Below, one piece after another: positions 9,976-19,044 of a stretch of 45,807 bases of DNA. The position numbers and the translations under genes were made by a program. Below the pieces are notes generated by a model. The model did no database searches, was not told the origin of the DNA, and saw nothing but the letters and a program-made list of their open reading frames with translations. The DNA comes from Chloroflexota bacterium (GTDB taxonomy: Bacteria; Chloroflexota; Dehalococcoidia; UBA2979), in the NCBI GenBank assembly GCA_027593235.1, contig JAQCIU010000024.1:1-45807 (forward strand), given 5' to 3'. The stretch's first letter is position 1. The number at the start of each line of letters is the position of its first letter.

Positions 9976-10961
9976 CTGCCGACGCCCGCTTCTACGTCAC
10001 GCGCATCACCGTCGACGAGGCACCGGACGAGCTGTGGGTGCTCGAGCTTGACTCGGATCAACCAACGTTGCTGGCAACGTTGCCCGACATCACCGACTTG
10101 ATCCGCACCAAAGATGGCCGCCTCTTCCTGCTGGAGCGCGCCGAACAGGTACCAGTCCCCGACATCGGTAAGACCGACCCCGAGGCACTCGCCGCCGAAC
10201 GCGAGCGCTACCTAGCCACCGCTCGGAACAGCATCGTCGAACTGAGCCCTGACGACGCCAGCGAGTTGGCTCGCTTCGAGATCGACGGCCCGACCAGCAT
10301 GTTCCGACTCACGCCCAACGAGGAACAGCTTTACGTCTTCACCGGTCGGGACCGCGAGGCAACTGTCATCGACCTCGCAACGATGCAGAGCGAGTCCCGC
10401 GTCTTCCCGCCCGGCGGTCCGTGGCCGGGCGTCGGCGCGTTCGGCCCGTTCGCCTCCACCACGTGGTCAGCCGACGGCGAACGCCTCTATCTGACGGGGA
10501 TGGAGTACCCGCTGTGCGACCCTGCCCAGCCCACCGCCGTGTACTGCCGCCCCGCGGTGACGGGCCTCCGCGTCATCGACCTCGACACCAACGAGGTGAT
10601 CCACGAAGACCCGGAAATCAACTCGCTCGTCGTGTCCCTGGATGGTCGCTGGCTGCTGGCCTCGTTCGTCGTCATCGGCCACGCCGCAGTCGGCCGCGAC
10701 GAGGGCATCAGGATCCTGGACGCCGCGACCTTCGAGGTCCCCGCCCACCTCGCACCGAACACGAGATTCCACTCGATCGGCATCTCCTCGGACGGTCGGC
10801 GCGCCTATGCGATCTCGGAGCTTGACCCCGCCACCAATGACCTCGGCGAACCGTGCAGCAGGAGCTGTGCGGTCGTCAGCGTGATCGACCTCGACCGCCT
10901 GAGAATCATCGCGACCCACCGGCATGACGAGCCCGTCGCGGGACTGGTGTTGGTCCGCTGA
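9970..10961 (+). CDS. YncE/beta-propeller-like protein, N-terminally truncated
   Basis: Repeated blades LTPNEEQLYV, WSADGERLYL, VSLDGRWLL, ISSDGRRAYA and VIDL; no credible start codon or RBS. Confidence 0.65.
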
Positions 10962-11090
10962 CCGCGCACCCGGTGTTCACGGCTGCTGGAGGTGCGTCCT
11001 CAACCAGCTCCGTCGCAGTCTGCCGAGTGCGGAGATCACCGTTCGCGCAGAGCTCTCCGTCAACACCGTGCGCACCCTCGAGCCGACCAG

Positions 11091-11858
11091 CTACCCCGCC
11101 AGCGTGCCGGCAAACACCTGCCACGCCAGCGCCGACTTCGAGGTCAAACTCAGCACGATGTAGGCGCGCTCGCCGAAGAGGTAGTCGCGCCACGGGCCAA
11201 CCCGCGCGTACTGGAGCGCCATGTTCAGCGCGAAGCTGTTGAAGAAGAGGAACAGCGACACGAAGATCGCCACCACGAACGCGGGCGGCGTCGCCTCGGT
11301 ACCAGGGCTCACGAAGTAGATACCGATCGCGATCCACGGCACGATCCCCGCGATGCTGCCGAACCAGAACGGCAGCCAGCTCGCCTCGCCCGGCCGCTCG
11401 GTGTGCTCCATCAGCAACCCGAAGAGAATCATCGAGGCGTTCACCCCGAACAGGGCCACCAGCGCGGCGGCGTCGCTGACGCCGCTGAGCATCGCGATCA
11501 GCACAATCATCAGCGACGCGCTCAGCGAGTACTCGATCCAGCGCGCGTAGTTCCGCCCGCGATCGAGGTTCCCGAGGTACCACCCGTAGATCCCCGGCGA
11601 CGCGATCAGCCAGTGCGCCACTGCCGAGATGAACAGGAACGCCGCCACCACCGGGCCTAGTCGCACATCGAACCACTCGGTGAGCACCGGCGGATCGACG
11701 CCGGGCGGCCCCTGCAGGAACGTCGCCGTCACCGGGAGCGAGAAGTCTGTCGAGAGTGCCAGCACCGCCACGCCCTGCGCAGCGTGGACCGCGCCCATCG
11801 CGATGTTGAACGCGCGCAGCCGACCGAAACGAGAGGCGGAGGGAGTTGCTGAGGTCAT
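11091..11858 (-). CDS. heR: Heliorhodopsin (255 aa)
   Basis: FN...HAAQ (TM1 His), GPPG loop, SAVAH (TM2 His), NYARWIEYSLSAS (TM3), ERAYIVLSLTSKSALAWQVF with the retinal-binding Lys in an SxxxK motif. Confidence 0.95.
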   Translation of the reverse strand: MTSATPSASRFGRLRAFNIAMGAVHAAQGVAVLALSTDFSLPVTATFLQGPPGVDPPVLTEWFDVRLGPVVAAFLFISAVAHWLIASPGIYGWYLGNLDRGRNYARWIEYSLSASLMIVLIAMLSGVSDAAALVALFGVNASMILFGLLMEHTERPGEASWLPFWFGSIAGIVPWIAIGIYFVSPGTEATPPAFVVAIFVSLFLFFNSFALNMALQYARVGPWRDYLFGERAYIVLSLTSKSALAWQVFAGTLAG

Positions 11859-11951
11859 AGGGCGACTGTATCGCCCAAACGACACGGCGGCCCGAAACAC
11901 CTCGCGACGACGGCTGGTGAGCGCACCGCTCGCTGATCGTCGTCGGGGCCT

Positions 11952-11980
11952 TTGACACTGGCGCGGAGCCGCTACAGGAT
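11952..11980 (+). promoter_or_regulatory. Sigma70-type promoter candidate for the PHP-MaoC operon
   Basis: TTGACA (11952-11957), 17-nt spacer, CAGGAT (11975-11980). Confidence 0.45.
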
Positions 11981-12043
11981 CACGGCCACCCACCAAACCC
12001 GGTTTGGTTGGCAAGGTTCCACCAGTCTCGAGGCGAGGACTCC

Positions 12044-13240
12044 GTGACCGATCACTCCTATTTCGACCTCCACGTCCACTCAACCGATGGCTCCGACGAC
12101 GCCGGCGCGACGGTCGAGGGCTACTGCAAGTGGGTCGAGGCCCGTCGCAAGAGCGGTTACCACGTCGACGGCTTCGTGCTCACCGAGCACCGGCGCTACC
12201 TCGCCGACGCTGACTACGCCGCCCTCGGCGCGCAGTACGGCGTGACGATCCTGCGCGGCATCGAGGTCGAGACGGACGTCGGCCACGTGCTCGTCTACGG
12301 CGTCACCGACGACTTCCTCGGACGCTTCGACCTCAGCGACATCGCCCTGCCCTACGCCGAGGTGTTCGCGGCTGCCGAGGCCACCGGCGGCATCGCCGTC
12401 GGCGCGCACGCCGGCCGCCCGCGCATCGGGCTCGTCGAGCACGTCGGTGAACGCGGCGTCTCGCTCGAGACCGTCGGCATCATCGAGGCGCTCAACGGCG
12501 GCAGCAGCGACTACGAGAACGGGCGATCGTTCGACCTCGCGGAAGAGCATGGGCTGCAGACCGTCGCCGGGTCGGACGCGCACTTCGTCTCCGCGCTCGG
12601 TCGCTGCGTCACCGAGTTCGACGTGCCGGTCACCTCGAACGAGGAGCTGGTCGCGGCGCTCCGCAGCGGCGCCTTCCGCCCCGTTCGCATCGAGGAGACG
12701 CGCGAGGGCGCGGCCCGCAAGGAACTCCCCTCTGCCGCACACATCCCCTCGACCAGCGGTCAGGGCGAACTCGGCGGCGACGCGCTCGAAATGGACGAGA
12801 GCGTGATCGGCCAGGAGGTCCACGCCGGCTCGCTGGCGGTGACCCTCGAATCAATCGCCGCCTACTGCGAGGCGCTCGAGGAGACCAACCCCCTCTACAC
12901 CAACGCCGTCTGGGCGGAGAACGAAGGCCCGTACGGCACCATCGTCGCGCCGCCCGGCATCCTCAACACCGCGCGGCTGCGACCGGGCCCGGACCCGCAG
13001 GTCCGCTTCGGCGACCAGTCGTTTATGGCCGGGTCACGCCTCGAGACGTTCACCCCGATCCGCCCGGGCGACACAATCGAAGCCTTCACGCAGGTGAAGG
13101 AGGTCTACGAGAAGACCGGCCGCAGCGGCCGCATGGTCTTCATCGTCCGCCGCACCCGCTATGCCAACCAGGCCGGCGTGGACGTCGCCGCGACCGAGAA
13201 CTCGATGGTGATGCGCCAGGTCAAGGCGCTCGACGACTAG
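12044..13240 (+). CDS. PHP-domain metallo-phosphoesterase fused to a MaoC-like (FAS1-type) hotdog domain
   Basis: PHP motifs DLHVHS, TEH, GIE, GHVL, AH and GSDAH; then EETNPLY...IVAPPG...PIRPGDTI...GRSGRMVFI; GAGGA RBS before GTG 12044. Confidence 0.85.
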   Translation: MTDHSYFDLHVHSTDGSDDAGATVEGYCKWVEARRKSGYHVDGFVLTEHRRYLADADYAALGAQYGVTILRGIEVETDVGHVLVYGVTDDFLGRFDLSDIALPYAEVFAAAEATGGIAVGAHAGRPRIGLVEHVGERGVSLETVGIIEALNGGSSDYENGRSFDLAEEHGLQTVAGSDAHFVSALGRCVTEFDVPVTSNEELVAALRSGAFRPVRIEETREGAARKELPSAAHIPSTSGQGELGGDALEMDESVIGQEVHAGSLAVTLESIAAYCEALEETNPLYTNAVWAENEGPYGTIVAPPGILNTARLRPGPDPQVRFGDQSFMAGSRLETFTPIRPGDTIEAFTQVKEVYEKTGRSGRMVFIVRRTRYANQAGVDVAATENSMVMRQVKALDD

Positions 13241-13288
13241 CCCGTCCGCCGCCCCCCGCACGCGTACGCCCTCGCTGAGGAGATCCCG

Positions 13289-13741
13289 ATGTCCGATCCG
13301 CTGGAACAGCGCTACTTCGAAGACGTGAACCTGGGCGACGAGTTCGAGGAACTCCAGCAGCCGACCTCGGAGCACGTCCAGCAATTCCTGAGCCAAGGCC
13401 AGAACGGCGGAGGTGGCGGCGGCGACCGCGCCGGCGGCCGCTTCTCCAGCGCCGCGGCAGCGCGTAGCCAGGGCCTCGAACGACCGATCGTCCCCGGCAC
13501 CATGTCGATGGCGATGATCACCCGGCTCGTGACCGACTGGATGGGGCCGCTCGGCCACATCGTCCAGCTCGACGTCAGCTACCGCCGTCCCGTCCTCCAC
13601 GACGATCAGCTCCGCTCGGTCGCCCTCGTCACCGACGCGGAGACGGCGCCGCAGGTCCACCTCGACCTCGCGCTGGAGAACGAACGAGGCGAGCGCCCGC
13701 TCCAGGGCACTGCGATCGTCACGCTCCCCACCCGCGGCTGA
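13289..13741 (+). CDS. MaoC-like hotdog-fold protein
   Basis: RYFEDVNLGDE...ARSQGLERPIVPG...VTDWMG...YRRPVLHDD...GTAIVTLP; GAGGAG RBS. Confidence 0.85.
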   Translation: MSDPLEQRYFEDVNLGDEFEELQQPTSEHVQQFLSQGQNGGGGGGDRAGGRFSSAAAARSQGLERPIVPGTMSMAMITRLVTDWMGPLGHIVQLDVSYRRPVLHDDQLRSVALVTDAETAPQVHLDLALENERGERPLQGTAIVTLPTRG

Positions 13742-13860
13742 GCGCGCCCCACCTCCGCCCCACTTCCGCCCCAACGGCAACGCGGTTGCTCCAGGCGCAA
13801 TGCGGGTCCGTCCCCTCGGTAGCGCGACCGGCACACCGGGCGTCGGCACGGCCTCGAGTG

Positions 13861-13920
13861 ATCCGTTACTATCACATACGGTATGTCGGATGAGCGGTTT
13901 GTTAACAGGGGTTATGATCC
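13861..13920 (+). promoter_or_regulatory. AT-rich promoter with palindromes upstream of the aminotransferase-LicD operon
   Basis: ACATAC-G-GTATGT (13874-13886), TGTTAACA (13900-13907) and a TATGAT -10 box (13913-13918). Confidence 0.45.
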
Positions 13921-14067
13921 CTGGGTACCGTTCGTCACCATTCTTTATCAGGCCTCTTGTGTGCCCCCCGGCGGCGCGACCCTGGTCGACATGCTGCCGA
14001 ATCCGATTCCCGCCGGCAGGCGTCCTCGCTTGCTACGCCGAATCGTCGATTGCACATAGGAGCCCGA

Positions 14068-15300
14068 ATGCCTCGCACGATCCGCGATCTCATGCCTGCT
14101 GACCTCGAATTTCAGATGTTCGTCCTCGACGAACTCGCCGACGAGCTGATCGAAGAGGGCGCCGACGTCCTCAAGCTCACCATCGGCGTCACCGAACTGC
14201 CGATGCCCGACGCCGTCCTCGACTCCATGGTCGAGAAGCTCAACGACCCGGACTTCGTCCGGCGCGTCTATCCCGAGGGCCTGCCAGAACTGCGCGATGC
14301 GATCGCCGCGTTCTACAACCGCAAGCACCACACCGACGTCTCCGCGAGCCAGGTGATCGTCAACACCGGCAGCTCGCCGATCTTCCGCAACATCTTCCAG
14401 CTCGTGTCCGGCCCCGAGTACGAAATCATGATTCCGCGGCCGTACTACGCGCTGTACCTGTACTGCGCCAAGCTGGCCGGCGCGACGGTCAAGTTCTACG
14501 ACATCGATGTCGACACCAAGCGCGTCGACATGGAGTCGTTCCGCCGCAACTTCTCACCAGAGCGCACGTCGCTGGTGGTCATCAACTCGCCCGGCAACCC
14601 GATCGGCAACATCGTCACGCCCGAAGAGATGCGCGAGATGTACGACATCATTGATGGCAACGCGTACGTCCTGAACGACGAGATCTACAACAACACGATG
14701 TTCTACGACGAGTTCCACTCGCCGCTCGCGCTGCTCCCGGAGCACGCGGACATGACGATCGTCACCAACAGCTTCTCCAAGGGCTACCGCATGTACACGA
14801 AGCGGATCGGCTTCGCGATCCTCCCGCAGGAGCTGCAGACCAACCTGCGCGTGATCCAGCAGCACACCCTGCTCTGCACCGATCCCGCGTACCAGTACGG
14901 CATGATTACCGCGCTCCAGGACGAAGAGAGCCCCGCGGAGCTCAACCGCGTCTACCGCGCGCGCGCCGAGTACACGACCGAGCGCCTGCTGGGGACCGGC
15001 TGCGAGCCGATCGCCGCCGAAGGCGGCTTCTACGCGATGCTCCGTTGCGAGGAGTGGAACAACGCCCACGGATTCGAGTCATCGAAGGAGCTCGCGCGCG
15101 ACATCCTGAGACAAGTGCACGTCGCAGTGGTGCCCGGCACCGACTTCGGCGTGCCGCACGACCTCCGTCTCGCGTTCTGCAACGAGCGCTACAACGAGGC
15201 GATCGATCGCCTGCGCGAGTACTTCTCAACCTCGATCGCTGATCAGCGATCTTCGAACGCACTGCAGCGAGTGGAGGCAGTGGCGAGCGCGGGAGCATAG
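14068..15300 (+). CDS. PLP-dependent aminotransferase class I/II
   Basis: EGLPELRDAIA, INSPGNPIG, NDEIY, SFSKGYRM...RIGF (PLP Lys) and GGFY motifs; AGGAG RBS. Confidence 0.92.
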   Translation: MPRTIRDLMPADLEFQMFVLDELADELIEEGADVLKLTIGVTELPMPDAVLDSMVEKLNDPDFVRRVYPEGLPELRDAIAAFYNRKHHTDVSASQVIVNTGSSPIFRNIFQLVSGPEYEIMIPRPYYALYLYCAKLAGATVKFYDIDVDTKRVDMESFRRNFSPERTSLVVINSPGNPIGNIVTPEEMREMYDIIDGNAYVLNDEIYNNTMFYDEFHSPLALLPEHADMTIVTNSFSKGYRMYTKRIGFAILPQELQTNLRVIQQHTLLCTDPAYQYGMITALQDEESPAELNRVYRARAEYTTERLLGTGCEPIAAEGGFYAMLRCEEWNNAHGFESSKELARDILRQVHVAVVPGTDFGVPHDLRLAFCNERYNEAIDRLREYFSTSIADQRSSNALQRVEAVASAGA

Positions 15301-15302
15301 CC

Positions 15303-17255
15303 GTGGTTGTCACCACGCAACGCTCCACGGTGTCTCGCGGAATCGACGCGCCGCGCCCATCCAGCACCCAGACGCGTGCGGTCAGTCGCGCGATCATCCT
15401 CGCTGCTGGCAAGGGCACGCGCCTCCAGCCACTGACCGCCAACCTGCCCAAATGCCTCGTCGAGATCGATGGGCAACCGCTGCTGCTGCGTGCGCTCGAC
15501 GCGCTCGCGGCGCAAGGCGTCGACGAAGCCGTGATCGTCGTCGGCTACGCCGGCGACACGATCCGCGGACGCGTCGGCCGGAACTACGCTGGCCTCACGA
15601 TCCACTATGTCGACGCCCCCGACTTCGCGACGACGAACAATATCCGGTCATTGTGGGATGCACGTCGCTACCTCGACCGCGACTTGCTGCTCCTCGAGGC
15701 CGACGTCATCTTCGACGCCGAGATCATCGAGGCGCTGCTAAACCAGTCGGGCAGCAGTGCGGCGGTCGCGCCGTTCCAGCGCCCGCTCTCCGGGACCGCG
15801 GTGCACCGCGACGATGCCGGTCAGGTCACCAGCTTCGCGCTCGGCTCCGAGCAGGGCCCGGACTTTGACCTCGACACGGCCTTCAAGACCGTCAACATCT
15901 ACCTCCTACGCGAGGCGCTGCTCGATAATGTCGTGGTGCCTCGACTCCGCCGCGCCGTCGAGGAAGGTCACGTCGACCGCTACTACGAAACGGTGCTGCA
16001 GGAGTCCGTCGCCGCCGGCGAACTCCCCGACCTCGCGGCCGTCGATGTCTCAGCGCACCGCTGGTACGAGGTCGACGACCATCGCGACCTCGACGCCGCG
16101 GAGTTCCTCTTCCTGGATCGCGACGCCCAGTACGACCGTATCCAGCAGCTCCACGGTTCGTACTGGCGGTACGGGTTCACCGACCACTCCTACCTCTACA
16201 ACATGCACTTCCCGCCGCCGGGGATGATGGACGTCTTCCACGACGACCTGCATGAAATCGTCACCAACTACCCGGTGGCACAGCCAGAACTGGCACGCCT
16301 GGTCGCCGACTGGACCGGCGGCGACCCGGATCACCTCGCCGTCGCGAACGGCGCCGCCGAGCTCATCAAGATCCTCGGCAACCAGTTCATGCAGCGGATG
16401 ACCATCCCGACGCCATCGTTCAACGAGTACGAGACCGTGATCGCGGCGGACGGACTCAACCGCTTCCCGCTCGACCCCGTCACCTTCGAACTGGACGTCG
16501 ACGCCTTCGCCGAATCGGCGATCGCCTGGAAGTCGGATACGGCGATCCTCGTTTCGCCGAACAACCCGACCGCCCTCTCGGTGTCCCATCGCGACATCCA
16601 CCGGCTCGCGCTGCGCCTCGCGGAGCATGACTGCCGGCTGATCGTCGACGAATCGTTCATCGAGTTCGCTCGCGAGGGCGAGCGAAACAGCGTCGAAGAC
16701 GCGACCGCCTCGCACCCGAACCTCGTGGTGATCAAGAGCCTCAGCAAGGTCTTCGGCATCGCCGGCCTGCGGATCGGCTACCTGCTCAGCTCCGACACGG
16801 AGTTCATCGAGGCAGCACGGTCCGCCCTCCCGATCTGGAACATCAACGGCCTCGCCGAGGAGTTCCTGCGCACCGTCGGACGCTATCGAGAGGACTTCGC
16901 GGAGAGCTGCAAGCGGACCCGCGCCAGTTCCGAGGGCCTCTACAACGCCCTCCGCGAGCTCTCGGATATGGAGCCGATCCGGCCCGACGCGAACTTCATC
17001 CTCACGCGCCTCGCCGACGGCCAGCCGTCCGCCCCCGCGGTGGCGCGGCGGCTCTACGTGGAACACAACATCCTGATCAAGGACTGCGCCGCGAAGAGCA
17101 TGCCGGACGCCGACCGCTACCTGCGGATCGCCTCGCGCACCCCGGCCGAGAACCGCGTCCTCGTCGAGGCGCTCGCGACCGTCCTCGGCACGCGGTCAGC
17201 AAACGACGTCGCGAGCAGCCGCTGGGCGCCGATCCCGACCCGCGTGAAACGCTAG
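15303..17255 (+). CDS. Fusion of a LicC-like NTP (cytidylyl)transferase and a CobD/HisC-like PLP enzyme
   Basis: N-terminal AIILAAGKGTRL..LT...PKCL, TNNIRSLW and WYEVDD..DL; C-terminal NGAAELI, SPNNPT, DESFIEF, KSLSKVFGIAGLRIGY, ANF and RIASR. Confidence 0.9.
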   Translation: MVVTTQRSTVSRGIDAPRPSSTQTRAVSRAIILAAGKGTRLQPLTANLPKCLVEIDGQPLLLRALDALAAQGVDEAVIVVGYAGDTIRGRVGRNYAGLTIHYVDAPDFATTNNIRSLWDARRYLDRDLLLLEADVIFDAEIIEALLNQSGSSAAVAPFQRPLSGTAVHRDDAGQVTSFALGSEQGPDFDLDTAFKTVNIYLLREALLDNVVVPRLRRAVEEGHVDRYYETVLQESVAAGELPDLAAVDVSAHRWYEVDDHRDLDAAEFLFLDRDAQYDRIQQLHGSYWRYGFTDHSYLYNMHFPPPGMMDVFHDDLHEIVTNYPVAQPELARLVADWTGGDPDHLAVANGAAELIKILGNQFMQRMTIPTPSFNEYETVIAADGLNRFPLDPVTFELDVDAFAESAIAWKSDTAILVSPNNPTALSVSHRDIHRLALRLAEHDCRLIVDESFIEFAREGERNSVEDATASHPNLVVIKSLSKVFGIAGLRIGYLLSSDTEFIEAARSALPIWNINGLAEEFLRTVGRYREDFAESCKRTRASSEGLYNALRELSDMEPIRPDANFILTRLADGQPSAPAVARRLYVEHNILIKDCAAKSMPDADRYLRIASRTPAENRVLVEALATVLGTRSANDVASSRWAPIPTRVKR

Positions 17256-17310
17256 CCCGCCCCATGCGCGTGAAGCGCTGAGCCGAATCCGCAGAGGAGA
17301 GACCCCGCAA

Positions 17311-18213
17311 ATGAGCGATGCCGAGACCGCCGCACTGATGAACCGCCTCGAGCGCGAGATCCCGCCAATGGATATCGCCAACGCGGAGCAGTTCATGCGC
17401 GAGGTGAAAGCCGTCTTCGACGCGCACAAGGTCACCTTCTTCCTGCGGCAGGGCACCTGCCTCGGAGCGGTGCGCGATGGTGCGCTGATCCCGTGGGACG
17501 ACGACCTCGACCTCGGCTCGATCATCGGGCTACACGGGTTCACCGAGGACGTGATCGCACCAGTCGCCGAGGCGCTCCGTGCCACCGGCGCCTACGTCGA
17601 GGCAGCCGAGGAAGGTCTCTACACCTCGGTCAAGATCTTCAAGTACCGGATCCGCATCGACTGGCAGTGCTACCGCGTGGTGAAGGGCACGATCGCCCAC
17701 TACCCCGGCGTCCCGTTCCCGGTCAGCCTCTTCGAGCAACTGACCCCGGTCGACTTCATCGGCGACCAGTACCTCGTCCCCAGCCCGCCCGATGAATACC
17801 TCACCTTCAAGTACGGCCCCGATTGGCGCACACCCAAGCAGGTCGGCTACGAAAAAGACGTGCTGGACGCCATGCCCTCGGGCACCGTCCCCGGCCGCCC
17901 CGGCCGGCTCAAGCAGTGGTTCATCCTCCGCTTCGCGCCACGCCAGACCGCCCGCCTGCTGGTCCTCGACACGAACGGCGACCCCGTCGCCGGTGCCGAG
18001 GTACGCATCGCCGGCCTCAGCCGCTCCCGCACCGACCGCGACGGCGTCGCAAGGTTCTACCTCCCGGTCGCCGAGAACTACGCGCTCTCCATTACCGCGA
18101 ACGGCGTCCAGGAAGTGCTCTACGAAGAGGCGCTGGAGCCCAGCAAGACCTACGTCTACCAGCCCAACCCCGCCAAGCCCGAAGGCCGCTACTTCGTCCT
18201 CACCGAGGGCTAA
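17311..18213 (+). CDS. LicD-family phosphotransferase with a C-terminal carboxypeptidase-regulatory-like domain
   Basis: GTCLGAVRDGALIPWDDDLDL and YLTFKYGPDWRTP; C-terminal VLDTNGDPVAGAEV...RTDRDG...YALSITANG. Confidence 0.88.
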   Translation: MSDAETAALMNRLEREIPPMDIANAEQFMREVKAVFDAHKVTFFLRQGTCLGAVRDGALIPWDDDLDLGSIIGLHGFTEDVIAPVAEALRATGAYVEAAEEGLYTSVKIFKYRIRIDWQCYRVVKGTIAHYPGVPFPVSLFEQLTPVDFIGDQYLVPSPPDEYLTFKYGPDWRTPKQVGYEKDVLDAMPSGTVPGRPGRLKQWFILRFAPRQTARLLVLDTNGDPVAGAEVRIAGLSRSRTDRDGVARFYLPVAENYALSITANGVQEVLYEEALEPSKTYVYQPNPAKPEGRYFVLTEG

Positions 18214-18231
18214 CGCCCACCTCGAGGCGGA

Positions 18232-19044
18232 CTAGCGCGCCCGCCCCAGCACCCAGTACATCGACGCCCACGAGGCCACCGCCCACAACCCGAGGATCGC
18301 GAGCGACCGCCCCACGTCCACCCCCAGGTCGGCGGTCAGCCCGCCGCGCATCGCGTTCGCCATGTGCTCAAACGGCAGCCATTCGTGCGCGGCCTGCAGC
18401 CAGCCCGGCAACCGTTCGGCCGGGTAGTTGATCGGCGAGAACAAGAACATCGCGATGAAGAACAGGTTCCCGATCGCACTCGTCACCGCCGGTTGCGCCG
18501 TCACGTGGCCAATCGCCGCACCGACCGACGTGGTCGTGACCAGCACCAGCAGGATCGCCGGCACCAGGGTCAGGCTGATGTCCAGCTCGATGTCTTAGCG
18601 CAGCTCCGCCAGCACCAGGGCGACCGTTGCCCCGGGAGCCGACACCGCGACGAAGATGGTCAGCGTCGCCAGCAGCATCGCCACCCGCGGCACCGGGAGC
18701 GCCCACTGGTAGTCATGCGATCCCTCGGCCCGTCGCTGCGCGATGATCGACGGCACGAAGGTCAGTCCCACGGTGATCAACGCCAGCAGCGTGCCGCCGG
18801 TCGCGAAGTAGAGGGCCTGCTCTGACGGCACGACGTCGTAGAAGAACCCCAGCCCGATCACCGAGCCGCCGTAGAGCGCGATCTGCACGATCAGCAGCAC
18901 CGGCAGCACCAGCCGCAGGTTCGCCAGCTCCCAGCGCAGCATCAGCAGGTAGCTCCGCAGCCACCAGCCCACCCCGTCAACGCGCGGCGCGGTCCAGCCG
19001 CGGTTGGTCGAACTGGCGTCCAGGTCAATGTGTTGTGTGGTCAT
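18232..19044 (-). pseudogene. ABC-2 transporter permease with in-frame TAA at 18595-18597
   Basis: ORFs 18595..19044 and 18232..18564 are in the same frame (ELR*DIELDISL); ABC-2 motif FSPINYPAERLPGWLQ...WLPF. Confidence 0.8.

Noticed and set aside
17241-17279. 13-bp direct repeat CGCGTGAA(A/G)CGCT, and similar GCGGCGCAGGCCC pair at 5064 and 5091
   Set aside because: Short local duplications at gene ends with no further structure; not evidence of target-site duplication.
14068-18213. Phosphonate biosynthesis cluster
   Set aside because: No PEP mutase (EDK...NS motif) or phosphonopyruvate decarboxylase in the window.
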